DNA of 36,249 nt. Origin: Hydrurus foetidus (taxonomy: Eukaryota). The position numbers and the translations under genes were made by a program. Positions 22,801 to 34,140 of the stretch are shown here, one piece after another (within the stretch, counting starts at the first letter, position 1; every line of letters starts with the position of its first letter). Location: NCBI GenBank assembly GCA_900617105.1, contig UYFQ01000500.1:1-36249 (forward strand). Reading direction: 5' to 3'. The notes beneath the pieces were generated by a model. That model was not told the origin of the DNA. It worked only from the letters and a program-made list of their open reading frames with translations, and did not search any database.

Positions 22801-25800
22801 ACGGAAGTTCACGATGTCTCTGTCTTCCTCCAGCCTCTTCATGCCGAGCAGCTGGTCGATCTTCCTGTCTCCGCGAGCTGCCTCGCTGCGACTCATCATG
22901 TCCTCGCGGTCGATGGCCTTGTCGTTCGCTGCTTTGCGCGCTGCGTCGAGAGCAAGATCGCGACGGAAGTTCACTATGTCTCGCTGCTCGTCCTGCCTCT
23001 CATGATCAAGCATCTGATCGATCTTCCTGTCGCCAGCCGCGATCTCACCGCTGTTGATCATTTGCTGCCTGAGAGCTTCCCTGGCCTCCTTGTCCTTCTC
23101 CGCTTTGTGCAATGCGAGCTGGTGGCGGAAGTTCAACACATCTCTCTCCTCATCCTGTCTGGCCTTCTCCGCTTGTTGATCGACCTTTCTGCCCCCCTTG
23201 GCAGCGTCTCCATCAGCGATCAAGCTCTGCTGTTCCCTGAGCTTGTCCTCTTTGTCTTTCTCTGCCTTGCGCAGAGCCATCTCGCGACGGAAGTTCACCA
23301 CGTCTCTTTCCTCCTCCAGTCTCGTCTTTGCCGACTGCTCGTCGATCTTCCTGTCGCTCTGGGCGATCTCTCCTTTCAGGATCATGTGCTGCTTCCTCTC
23401 GTCGGCGTCGGCCTTATCCTTCGCTGCCTTCGCAGCGGCTGACTCATAGCGGTAGTGCAGTATGTCCTTGTCCTCGTCCTGACGCGACTTCTCGAGAAGC
23501 TGATCCATCTTCTTGTTCTGCTGTGCGATCAACGCATCGCTCGCCAGTATCTGGTTCTGGGTCATACCGTCGGCCTTGTCCTTGGCAGCCTTCGCCAACG
23601 CAGCTTCCCGACGGAAGTTCACGATGTCTCTGTCTTCCTCCAGCCTCTTCATGCCGAGCAGCTGGTCGATCTTCCTGTCTCCGCGAGCTGCCTCGCTGCG
23701 ACTCATCATGTCCTCGCGGTCGATGGCCTTGTCGTTCGCTGCTTTGCGCGCTGCGTCGAGAGCAAGATCGCGACGGAAGTTCACTATGTCTCGCTGCTCG
23801 TCCTGCCTCTCATGATCAAGCATCTGATCGATCTTCCTGTCGCCAGCCGCGATCTCACCGCTGTTGATCATTTGCTGCCTGAGAGCTTCCCTGGCCTCCT
23901 TGTCCTTCTCCGCTTTGTGCAATGCGAGCTGGTGGCGGAAGTTCAACACATCTCTCTCCTCATCCTGTCTGGCCTTCTCCGCTTGTTGATCGACCTTTCT
24001 GCCCCCCTTGGCAGCGTCTCCATCAGCGATCAAGCTCTGCTGTTCCCTGAGCTTGTCCTCTTTGTCTTTCTCTGCCTTGCGCAGAGCCATCTCGCGACGG
24101 AAGTTCACCACGTCTCTTTCCTCCTCCAGTCTCGTCTTTGCCGACTGCTCGTCGATCTTCCTGTCGCTCTGGGCGATCTCTCCTTTCAGGATCATGTGCT
24201 GCTTCCTCTCGTCGGCGTCGGCCTTATCCTTCGCTGCCTTCGCAGCGGCTGACTCATAGCGGTAGTGCAGTATGTCCTTGTCCTCGTCCTGACGCGACTT
24301 CTCGAGAAGCTGATCCATCTTCTTGTTCTGCTGTGCGATCAACGCATCGCTCGCCAGTATCTGGTTCTGGGTCATACCGTCGGCCTTGTCCTTGGCAGCC
24401 TTCGCCAACGCAGCTTCCCGACGGAAGTTCACGATGTCTCTGTCTTCCTCCAGCCTCTTCATGCCGAGCAGCTGGTCGATCTTCCTGTCTCCGCGAGCTG
24501 CCTCGCTGCGACTCATCATGTCCTCGCGGTCGATGGCCTTGTCGTTCGCTGCTTTGCGCGCTGCGTCGAGAGCAAGATCGCGACGGAAGTTCACTATGTC
24601 TCGCTGCTCGTCCTGCCTCTCATGATCAAGCATCTGATCGATCTTCCTGTCGCCAGCCGCGATCTCACCGCTGTTGATCATTTGCTGCCTGAGAGCTTCC
24701 CTGGCCTCCTTGTCCTTCTCCGCTTTGTGCAATGCGAGCTGGTGGCGGAAGTTCAACACATCTCTCTCCTCATCCTGTCTGGCCTTCTCCGCTTGTTGAT
24801 CGACCTTTCTGCCCCCCTTGGCAGCGTCTCCATCAGCGATCAAGCTCTGCTGTTCCCTGAGCTTGTCCTCTTTGTCTTTCTCTGCCTTGCGCAGAGCCAT
24901 CTCGCGACGGAAGTTCACCACGTCTCTTTCCTCCTCCAGTCTCGTCTTTGCCGACTGCTCGTCGATCTTCCTGTCGCTCTGGGCGATCTCTCCTTTCAGG
25001 ATCATGTGCTGCTTCCTCTCGTCGGCGTCGGCCTTATCCTTCGCTGCCTTCGCAGCGGCTGACTCATAGCGGTAGTGCAGTATGTCCTTGTCCTCGTCCT
25101 GACGCGACTTCTCGAGAAGCTGATCCATCTTCTTGTTCTGCTGTGCGATCAACGCATCGCTCGCCAGTATCTGGTTCTGGGTCATACCGTCGGCCTTGTC
25201 CTTGGCAGCCTTCGCCAACGCAGCTTCCCGACGGAAGTTCACGATGTCTCTGTCTTCCTCCAGCCTCTTCATGCCGAGCAGCTGGTCGATCTTCCTGTCT
25301 CCGCGAGCTGCCTCGCTGCGACTCATCATGTCCTCGCGGTCGATGGCCTTGTCGTTCGCTGCTTTGCGCGCTGCGTCGAGAGCAAGATCGCGACGGAAGT
25401 TCACTATGTCTCGCTGCTCGTCCTGCCTCTCATGATCAAGCATCTGATCGATCTTCCTGTCGCCAGCCGCGATCTCACCGCTGTTGATCATTTGCTGCCT
25501 GAGAGCTTCCCTGGCCTCCTTGTCCTTCTCCGCTTTGTGCAATGCGAGCTGGTGGCGGAAGTTCAACACATCTCTCTCCTCATCCTGTCTGGCCTTCTCC
25601 GCTTGTTGATCGACCTTTCTGCCCCCCTTGGCAGCGTCTCCATCAGCGATCAAGCTCTGCTGTTCCCTGAGCTTGTCCTCTTTGTCTTTCTCTGCCTTGC
25701 GCAGAGCCATCTCGCGACGGAAGTTCACCACGTCTCTTTCCTCCTCCAGTCTCGTCTTTGCCGACTGCTCGTCGATCTTCCTGTCGCTCTGGGCGATCTC

Positions 25801-28800
25801 TCCTTTCAGGATCATGTGCTGCTTCCTCTCGTCGGCGTCGGCCTTATCCTTCGCTGCCTTCGCAGCGGCTGACTCATAGCGGTAGTGCAGTATGTCCTTG
25901 TCCTCGTCCTGACGCGACTTCTCGAGAAGCTGATCCATCTTCTTGTTCTGCTGTGCGATCAACGCATCGCTCGCCAGTATCTGGTTCTGGGTCATACCGT
26001 CGGCCTTGTCCTTGGCAGCCTTCGCCAACGCAGCTTCCCGACGGAAGTTCACGATGTCTCTGTCTTCCTCCAGCCTCTTCATGCCGAGCAGCTGGTCGAT
26101 CTTCCTGTCTCCGCGAGCTGCCTCGCTGCGACTCATCATGTCCTCGCGGTCGATGGCCTTGTCGTTCGCTGCTTTGCGCGCTGCGTCGAGAGCAAGATCG
26201 CGACGGAAGTTCACTATGTCTCGCTGCTCGTCCTGCCTCTCATGATCAAGCATCTGATCGATCTTCCTGTCGCCAGCCGCGATCTCACCGCTGTTGATCA
26301 TTTGCTGCCTGAGAGCTTCCCTGGCCTCCTTGTCCTTCTCCGCTTTGTGCAATGCGAGCTGGTGGCGGAAGTTCAACACATCTCTCTCCTCATCCTGTCT
26401 GGCCTTCTCCGCTTGTTGATCGACCTTTCTGCCCCCCTTGGCAGCGTCTCCATCAGCGATCAAGCTCTGCTGTTCCCTGAGCTTGTCCTCTTTGTCTTTC
26501 TCTGCCTTGCGCAGAGCCATCTCGCGACGGAAGTTCACCACGTCTCTTTCCTCCTCCAGTCTCGTCTTTGCCGACTGCTCGTCGATCTTCCTGTCGCTCT
26601 GGGCGATCTCTCCTTTCAGGATCATGTGCTGCTTCCTCTCGTCGGCGTCGGCCTTATCCTTCGCTGCCTTCGCAGCGGCTGACTCATAGCGGTAGTGCAG
26701 TATGTCCTTGTCCTCGTCCTGACGCGACTTCTCGAGAAGCTGATCCATCTTCTTGTTCTGCTGTGCGATCAACGCATCGCTCGCCAGTATCTGGTTCTGG
26801 GTCATACCGTCGGCCTTGTCCTTGGCAGCCTTCGCCAACGCAGCTTCCCGACGGAAGTTCACGATGTCTCTGTCTTCCTCCAGCCTCTTCATGCCGAGCA
26901 GCTGGTCGATCTTCCTGTCTCCGCGAGCTGCCTCGCTGCGACTCATCATGTCCTCGCGGTCGATGGCCTTGTCGTTCGCTGCTTTGCGCGCTGCGTCGAG
27001 AGCAAGATCGCGACGGAAGTTCACTATGTCTCGCTGCTCGTCCTGCCTCTCATGATCAAGCATCTGATCGATCTTCCTGTCGCCAGCCGCGATCTCACCG
27101 CTGTTGATCATTTGCTGCCTGAGAGCTTCCCTGGCCTCCTTGTCCTTCTCCGCTTTGTGCAATGCGAGCTGGTGGCGGAAGTTCAACACATCTCTCTCCT
27201 CATCCTGTCTGGCCTTCTCCGCTTGTTGATCGACCTTTCTGCCCCCCTTGGCAGCGTCTCCATCAGCGATCAAGCTCTGCTGTTCCCTGAGCTTGTCCTC
27301 TTTGTCTTTCTCTGCCTTGCGCAGAGCCATCTCGCGACGGAAGTTCACCACGTCTCTTTCCTCCTCCAGTCTCGTCTTTGCCGACTGCTCGTCGATCTTC
27401 CTGTCGCTCTGGGCGATCTCTCCTTTCAGGATCATGTGCTGCTTCCTCTCGTCGGCGTCGGCCTTATCCTTCGCTGCCTTCGCAGCGGCTGACTCATAGC
27501 GGTAGTGCAGTATGTCCTTGTCCTCGTCCTGACGCGACTTCTCGAGAAGCTGATCCATCTTCTTGTTCTGCTGTGCGATCAACGCATCGCTCGCCAGTAT
27601 CTGGTTCTGGGTCATACCGTCGGCCTTGTCCTTGGCAGCCTTCGCCAACGCAGCTTCCCGACGGAAGTTCACGATGTCTCTGTCTTCCTCCAGCCTCTTC
27701 ATGCCGAGCAGCTGGTCGATCTTCCTGTCTCCGCGAGCTGCCTCGCTGCGACTCATCATGTCCTCGCGGTCGATGGCCTTGTCGTTCGCTGCTTTGCGCG
27801 CTGCGTCGAGAGCAAGATCGCGACGGAAGTTCACTATGTCTCGCTGCTCGTCCTGCCTCTCATGATCAAGCATCTGATCGATCTTCCTGTCGCCAGCCGC
27901 GATCTCACCGCTGTTGATCATTTGCTGCCTGAGAGCTTCCCTGGCCTCCTTGTCCTTCTCCGCTTTGTGCAATGCGAGCTGGTGGCGGAAGTTCAACACA
28001 TCTCTCTCCTCATCCTGTCTGGCCTTCTCCGCTTGTTGATCGACCTTTCTGCCCCCCTTGGCAGCGTCTCCATCAGCGATCAAGCTCTGCTGTTCCCTGA
28101 GCTTGTCCTCTTTGTCTTTCTCTGCCTTGCGCAGAGCCATCTCGCGACGGAAGTTCACCACGTCTCTTTCCTCCTCCAGTCTCGTCTTTGCCGACTGCTC
28201 GTCGATCTTCCTGTCGCTCTGGGCGATCTCTCCTTTCAGGATCATGTGCTGCTTCCTCTCGTCGGCGTCGGCCTTATCCTTCGCTGCCTTCGCAGCGGCT
28301 GACTCATAGCGGTAGTGCAGTATGTCCTTGTCCTCGTCCTGACGCGACTTCTCGAGAAGCTGATCCATCTTCTTGTTCTGCTGTGCGATCAACGCATCGC
28401 TCGCCAGTATCTGGTTCTGGGTCATACCGTCGGCCTTGTCCTTGGCAGCCTTCGCCAACGCAGCTTCCCGACGGAAGTTCACGATGTCTCTGTCTTCCTC
28501 CAGCCTCTTCATGCCGAGCAGCTGGTCGATCTTCCTGTCTCCGCGAGCTGCCTCGCTGCGACTCATCATGTCCTCGCGGTCGATGGCCTTGTCGTTCGCT
28601 GCTTTGCGCGCTGCGTCGAGAGCAAGATCGCGACGGAAGTTCACTATGTCTCGCTGCTCGTCCTGCCTCTCATGATCAAGCATCTGATCGATCTTCCTGT
28701 CGCCAGCCGCGATCTCACCGCTGTTGATCATTTGCTGCCTGAGAGCTTCCCTGGCCTCCTTGTCCTTCTCCGCTTTGTGCAATGCGAGCTGGTGGCGGAA

Positions 28801-30331
28801 GTTCAACACATCTCTCTCCTCATCCTGTCTGGCCTTCTCCGCTTGTTGATCGACCTTTCTGCCCCCCTTGGCAGCGTCTCCATCAGCGATCAAGCTCTGC
28901 TGTTCCCTGAGCTTGTCCTCTTTGTCTTTCTCTGCCTTGCGCAGAGCCATCTCGCGACGGAAGTTCACCACGTCTCTTTCCTCCTCCAGTCTCGTCTTTG
29001 CCGACTGCTCGTCGATCTTCCTGTCGCTCTGGGCGATCTCTCCTTTCAGGATCATGTGCTGCTTCCTCTCGTCGGCGTCGGCCTTATCCTTCGCTGCCTT
29101 CGCAGCGGCTGACTCATAGCGGTAGTGCAGTATGTCCTTGTCCTCGTCCTGACGCGACTTCTCGAGAAGCTGATCCATCTTCTTGTTCTGCTGTGCGATC
29201 AACGCATCGCTCGCCAGTATCTGGTTCTGGGTCATACCGTCGGCCTTGTCCTTGGCAGCCTTCGCCAACGCAGCTTCCCGACGGAAGTTCACGATGTCTC
29301 TGTCTTCCTCCAGCCTCTTCATGCCGAGCAGCTGGTCGATCTTCCTGTCTCCGTGAGCTGCCTCGCTGCGACTCATCATGTCCTCGCGGTCGATGGCCTT
29401 GTCGTTCGCTGCTTTGCGCGCTGCGTCGAGAGCAAGATCGCGACGGAAGTTCACTATGTCTCGCTGCTCGTCCTGCCTCTCATGATCAAGCATCTGATCG
29501 ATCTTCCTGTCGCCAGCCGCGATCTCACCGCTGTTGATCATTTGCTGCCTGAGAGCTTCCCTGGCCTCCTTGTCCTTCTCCGCTTTGTGCAATGCGAGGT
29601 TTCGCCTGAATTTCTAGATATCTATGTCTTCGACCTGTCTTATGAGGCCTTTCATTGTATAGATTACGTTGACACCGGGCCTCAGTTGCCTCCGAGATGA
29701 GTCTTTCTCGCTCTCTTGCTTCTTCAGCTGCCCTTGTATTATGCGAATCTAGCGAAAATTCTCTGCGAGCGGCGAGGAATTTCGTTTCTTCAACTTTCAT
29801 GGCGATTTCAACATCAGCCTCGTTCTCCCGGAAGAGACGCATCATTTCTTTATTAATTATCATTTCCTCCCGATTTGATTCTCTTTCAAGACGTTCCCTC
29901 TCGGATGCCAAGTAGGCTTTTTCTATCAATGCTGCCTCGATGATGTCACGCTCCCGCTGTTGCTTTTTCTTCTCCTCCTCCTCACGTAAAAAGATTCTCA
30001 TCTTGCGAATCTCTTGCTCCTTATGCGACGATTCAGACACAAACTTTTGCAGTGCTGAACGCCTATCGTTCATGGCCATTAGTTTATCTTCTTTTTCCTT
30101 CGCCCATTCCTCCTTCATGGCAGCAACTTTTGCTATCTTTTCTGAGGTGCATTGTATTTTTGCAAGACGAGGACTATCTTTCGAGACTGGCGTAAATGGT
30201 GGTGACAGTGGCGGTCTTGGTGATCTAGGCGGTGTCTGCTTCGATACATTGCTGCTTTTCACTCTTCTGATAGGAGAAGGAAGTCTTGGGGTTGAATTTG
30301 AGATGTCGTCGGAGTTGCTCACCTCTTCCAT
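10894..30331 (-). CDS. Giant alpha-helical tandem-repeat protein (~6,450 aa if the two ORFs are joined): Pro/Ser-rich head, then 54-aa repeats. Interrupted near 29606-29675.
   Basis: A 6232-codon open frame (10894-29592, whose listed start is a TTG) plus an upstream ORF from ATG 30331 with the same E/K/R/A-rich composition and 54-aa register. The junction has a frameshift and an in-frame TAG (29614-29616). Confidence 0.75.
11213..29598. repeat. Coding tandem array, 810-bp unit, about 22.7 copies; each unit is five diverged 162-bp subunits
   Basis: Sequence and ORF track recur every 810 nt. Subrepeats share (R/K)K(I/M/V)D and R(Q/L)(D/E)Ex(R/K)D(I/V)(V/L)(N/H)(F/Y)R. Confidence 0.97.
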
Positions 30332-30594
30332 ATGCGCCGCAAATCGCTAGCCTGTTGGCGGTTGGTCAGCTATAGAAGTTAGGCGTTTTCGCGAGATTAT
30401 GGCTAGATTCCATCAACGGAAAGCTCTACGGGACGATGTATATGACAGAAACCAGTAACGAGCGAGGACTTCTGTAAACTGTAAACTGCAAAGTCACGCA
30501 GGATTTATATAACCGACAGAGAATATTATCGGATTCGGATTCGGATAATTTTTCACACACTGAAGACAGAAGGAAGGAAAAATGAAAAATGGGA

Positions 30595-30850
30595 CCAGAA
30601 ACCAGAACCCAGAATCTTGTGAACTGAACCTAGAACTCAGAACTCAGAACTCAGAACTCAGAAATCAGAAATCAGAACTCAGAACTCAGAACTCAGAACT
30701 CAGAACTCAGTTCTGAGATCTGATTCTGAGTTCTCAGAACCCAAAATCGACGCTTACGGTCTGAGTTCTGAGAAAAAACCCTAGAATTTTCAGAAGTCAG
30801 CTTACTCAGAAGTTGAGTTCTGAGAAAAAGGGAAGCTGACTTCTGAGAAA
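30595..30850. repeat. (CAGAACT)n 7-bp satellite with inverted copies and hairpins
   Basis: About 11 tandem units at 30632-30710, then ttctgag (reverse-complement) units. 14-bp inverted repeat tcagaagtcagctt (30790-30803) / aagctgacttctga (30833-30846). Confidence 0.85.
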
Positions 30851-31721
30851 GTAAGCAGTCGTTGCAGAGTCGTAGTTATAAGCAAAACAGGTCGACGACA
30901 GCTTCTGGAGCGCCAGGATACCACTTGCCGTCACCCTAATCACAATGCGTCGCGGGATTTTTGCGCAGCAATGATGGCTTATCATCTCTGGTACGAAACT
31001 GACAGAACTCTGCTCTTTGAGCAGGAATTTGAAGATGCATCGACTTAAAACGCCTTCAAAATATCTGACGACGTACCCCTAGACATCCACGAAAAGTTTC
31101 TTACGTTCCAATGCTGTCAAACCTAATTAGGATCTCAACTGAGCGGCGTCGACTTGGAGTCTTTCATGACGTAAATGGCGGCGTCGACGATGGAACGCGG
31201 AATTCAGTAGCCGAATTCAGAAGCAACACGGACCGGGTAGCGGCAAACGATGTTTGCTGAGCGTAGAAGGAGTCCAGACTAGCGGCTACGGAGTTCGGAG
31301 CACATTCGATTTTTACCGCTTGTATTTGCGATCTTCTGTACACTGTCGTCATGCATTTTATCACCGCGACATTTCGCGGGGTTTGTTTGTTCGTTTCTCC
31401 ACTAACTATAACAATCTTACTTTGCAGGGGAAACGCTGCCATTTTTTCTGTGGCGCTTGATGTTGGATGCTGTCCTTGTCGAATTCTGTCTGCCAATAGT
31501 CAGGAATTTTTATTAGTATCAGCGGACGAACAACGAGGAATTCAGCCTATTTTCTTACAGTTACTATAAGCATTTACTTTGCAAACTATTGTGAGTTACA
31601 ATCAAATATCATCCAATTTACTATCTAGATTCTGTTTCCTCAACTCCCTAGTCAGCCTCGAGCGGATTAGTTCAATTCAAAAATCATCCAAACTGCAGTA
31701 AGCAGACAAGGTTCATGACAC

Positions 31722-31909
31722 TGTGGCCTAGAAGGGTCTAGGCTAGGATGGGGAAAGGTCTTGCTTAGGTTAGGTACGTTAGAAAAACAACTGGCAAACG
31801 CTAGGAAACGTCCTATGCATGGCTAGAAGTCTACCTAGAAGTCTACGGAGTTTAGGTGTACCTAGAGACGGAATCGGGTCCAAGGTCCCTAGGACCCCAG
31901 ACGGCTACA
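31722..31909 (-). repeat. Putative 3' LTR of element 2 (188 bp)
   Basis: On the minus strand it starts TGTAGCC directly after the PPT and ends GGCCACA (imperfect inverted repeat). CTAG-rich interior. The distal boundary is not confirmed by a second LTR. Confidence 0.6.
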
Positions 31910-31923
31910 CTACCCCCACTTAT
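31910..31923 (-). other. Polypurine tract of element 2
   Basis: ataagtgggggtag, identical to 4607-4620. Confidence 0.85.
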
Positions 31924-32090
31924 TTCAACAAAAATTGAAACAATTTTTCAAAGAAAAAGAACTAGGCTAGCGCTTGTAGGAAGGGCATCAAGACTAACGC
32001 TTCTTAAGGAAGAGAACATAAAAAAAAAATTTATTTGATTAAATTTTTATTTTTTAAAATGAGGAAGCGGGCAGCGGGATATGGCTTTTC

Positions 32091-33735
32091 TTATTGCAAA
32101 GAAAGACTTATCCGCCTGTTCGTTCCAGTCAATTTTAGATTTTTACGCCCTTTAAGGTCGATCATCTTTTGAAGTGGAACGACTATGTCGGCATGAAAGG
32201 GAACAAAGTTCCTGAAGTAGTTCGCCAAGCCCAATAAACTTCGTAAAGAAATAAGGGTCATGGGTTTCGGGAAATTTAAAACCGTTTCTATCTTCTCTTT
32301 AGACATAGAAATGCCTTGGGGAGAGATTTGTCGACCGACATAATTGTCATACCAAATCTACATTTCTTTGCTTTAAGCAGTAAACCAAAACAACGAAAAC
32401 GTCGAAAGACTCGTTCTAGTCTCTCCAGGAACTCATCCTGACCTCGTGCAAAGACGATACAATCGTCCAAGTACATTTCACATGAAATGTAAATGAGTCC
32501 ATTGAGGACTATAGTCGCCATCATCTCTTGGAAGTAAGAGGGGGCTCTCCGAGGACCGAAGGGTAGTCTGGTGAATTGGTATACACCATAATAGCAAATG
32601 AATGCAGTCAGGACCCTGGATGCATGATCCATAGGTGCCTGATGGTAGCCTGAAGTTAGATCCATAACTCCGAATATGTTTGGCTGTTGATGGCCGATTC
32701 GCTCGAAAAGAGCCCGAATGTTCGGCAGCGGCCAGCTGGCAGCCTCGGTGCATTTATTCAGATTTCGGTAGTCAATGCAAAACCTGTATAAATCAGCTGT
32801 TCTCTGTACTATGACAGGATGGCTATAATAAACCGCCGTCGATTCTTCAATGACTCCCGAGCGCAACATCTCATCGATGGCTCGTTTTATCTCACGTTCT
32901 TTTCGAACGGTTCGCAGACGCACGGCAGTCCTATTTCTAGGACTTTCCCATTCTCTCTTGTTGACTTTTATTACAAAGGGAGGAAGTCTAGCAGGTTTAG
33001 CTGCTAGTTTATCGCTAAATATGTCTGCGTACTAAAGACAGAGTCGTCTAATAAGCAATTGTTGGTGTTCCGTCCCTTCAATTGTTATTTGTGACAAAAA
33101 GACCTCTGGCCCTATAGGCGGAGCATTCTGCTTAATGTGATTAGGCAAGAATGGGAGAAAAGTATCGGTCTTCTCATTATCTATCTCGTCTGAAGAGATT
33201 ACGATACCACTAGGTGTTTCCACTCTAGCGTCTGTTTTAGCACTGTCTACCATTTCAGATAAATGTGCTAGGGTGTACGTTCGGAGACGTAGATCACCAC
33301 CATGAGTCGATACATGGTTACAACTGTCACACATAGTTTCAGCCCTAGAGGTGCTCGGTTGACTAGAGCATCCGACATCAAAACAGCGAGCTACTCTGTT
33401 AGAGTCTGTTTTGTGGAATGGCATGGTACTATGACCAGAATGAGGACGTGCCAATTCACCCTTCTCGCCCTCACGTATGGATGGAATGCCATCCGCAGCT
33501 AGTAAAACTTCCATTCTTTCGAATGAGTTTATCACATTAGGCATCCCGATTTCAAAGGGGGTTAAAGTGAAGAAATCATAACTCCTAAGAGTTGGTCTAC
33601 CCAAAATTAAATCGATGGTGTTAGGAATAATCCTTACTGTTAAAAATATCGTTTTAATTAACAGAGTGTTCGTGACAAAAATCATGCCTATATCGATTAC
33701 TTGGTCTCTAACATAACAAGTGTTATCGAGACCAG
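32091..33735 (-). pseudogene. pol: pol remnant: C-terminal half of protease, spacer and RT; truncated before RNase H
   Basis: SGLDNTCY, DLILGR, DEIDNEKTDTF, in-frame TAG at 33032-33034, CIDYRNLN, MDLTSGYHQ, YLDD, a frameshift near 32340, then MSKEKIETVLNFP...GLANYFR. Homology is lost near 32120. Confidence 0.93.
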
Positions 33736-34140
33736 ATCCACCGGTAATGCTCTGTTTAAAAGCACTTGCAACCTGCTCCATATTGTACTGAGGAAACGAG
33801 GGTTGACTGCCGCACGTTTTCGATAATCGGGGCGACTGTACTTTCGCCAGCTTCGCCAGCTTCGCCAGCTTCGCCAGCTTCGCCAGCTTCGCCAGCTTCG
33901 CCACGCATCGATGCCTGTTGACACAGTTCAGGTAAGGTCAAGGGCCTATCGGGGTTACTAGTGCTACTAGAGCTACTAGACGTGTTACTCGGGCTCGATT
34001 TACTCGGAGAGTTCTCGATATCACTCTCTTCAGAGTAATCGTAATTGTCTCGTGGTATTTCTCCACCATCTTCCAAGTCAGGTAGCCCATGACGGTGTGA
34101 ATTGGAAGGAACGGCGTCAATTTACATTGACTCCTCTCCA
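33736..34140 (-). repeat. Ectopic copy of the element-2 leader/gag N-terminus (35338-35744)
   Basis: Near-identical 405 vs 407 bp blocks. They differ by a 29-bp deletion, three extra TTCGCCAGC units, and CAG vs TAG. Confidence 0.95.

Noticed and set aside
11213..29598. CRISPR-like or non-coding satellite interpretation of the array
   Set aside because: No unique spacers. The unit length is a multiple of 3, one frame is open throughout, and it continues into unique coding flanks.
11099..29700. Dozens of recurring + strand ORFs (265, 179, 100 and 83 aa)
   Set aside because: Antisense shadows of the GC3-rich repeat ORF. They recur only because the DNA repeats, have Leu/Ser-biased composition and are interrupted in every unit.
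33843..33903. AKLAKL / WRSWRS peptide repeats in the ORF track
   Set aside because: Alternative-frame readings of the 9-bp TTCGCCAGC microsatellite, whose native gag frame is GEA.
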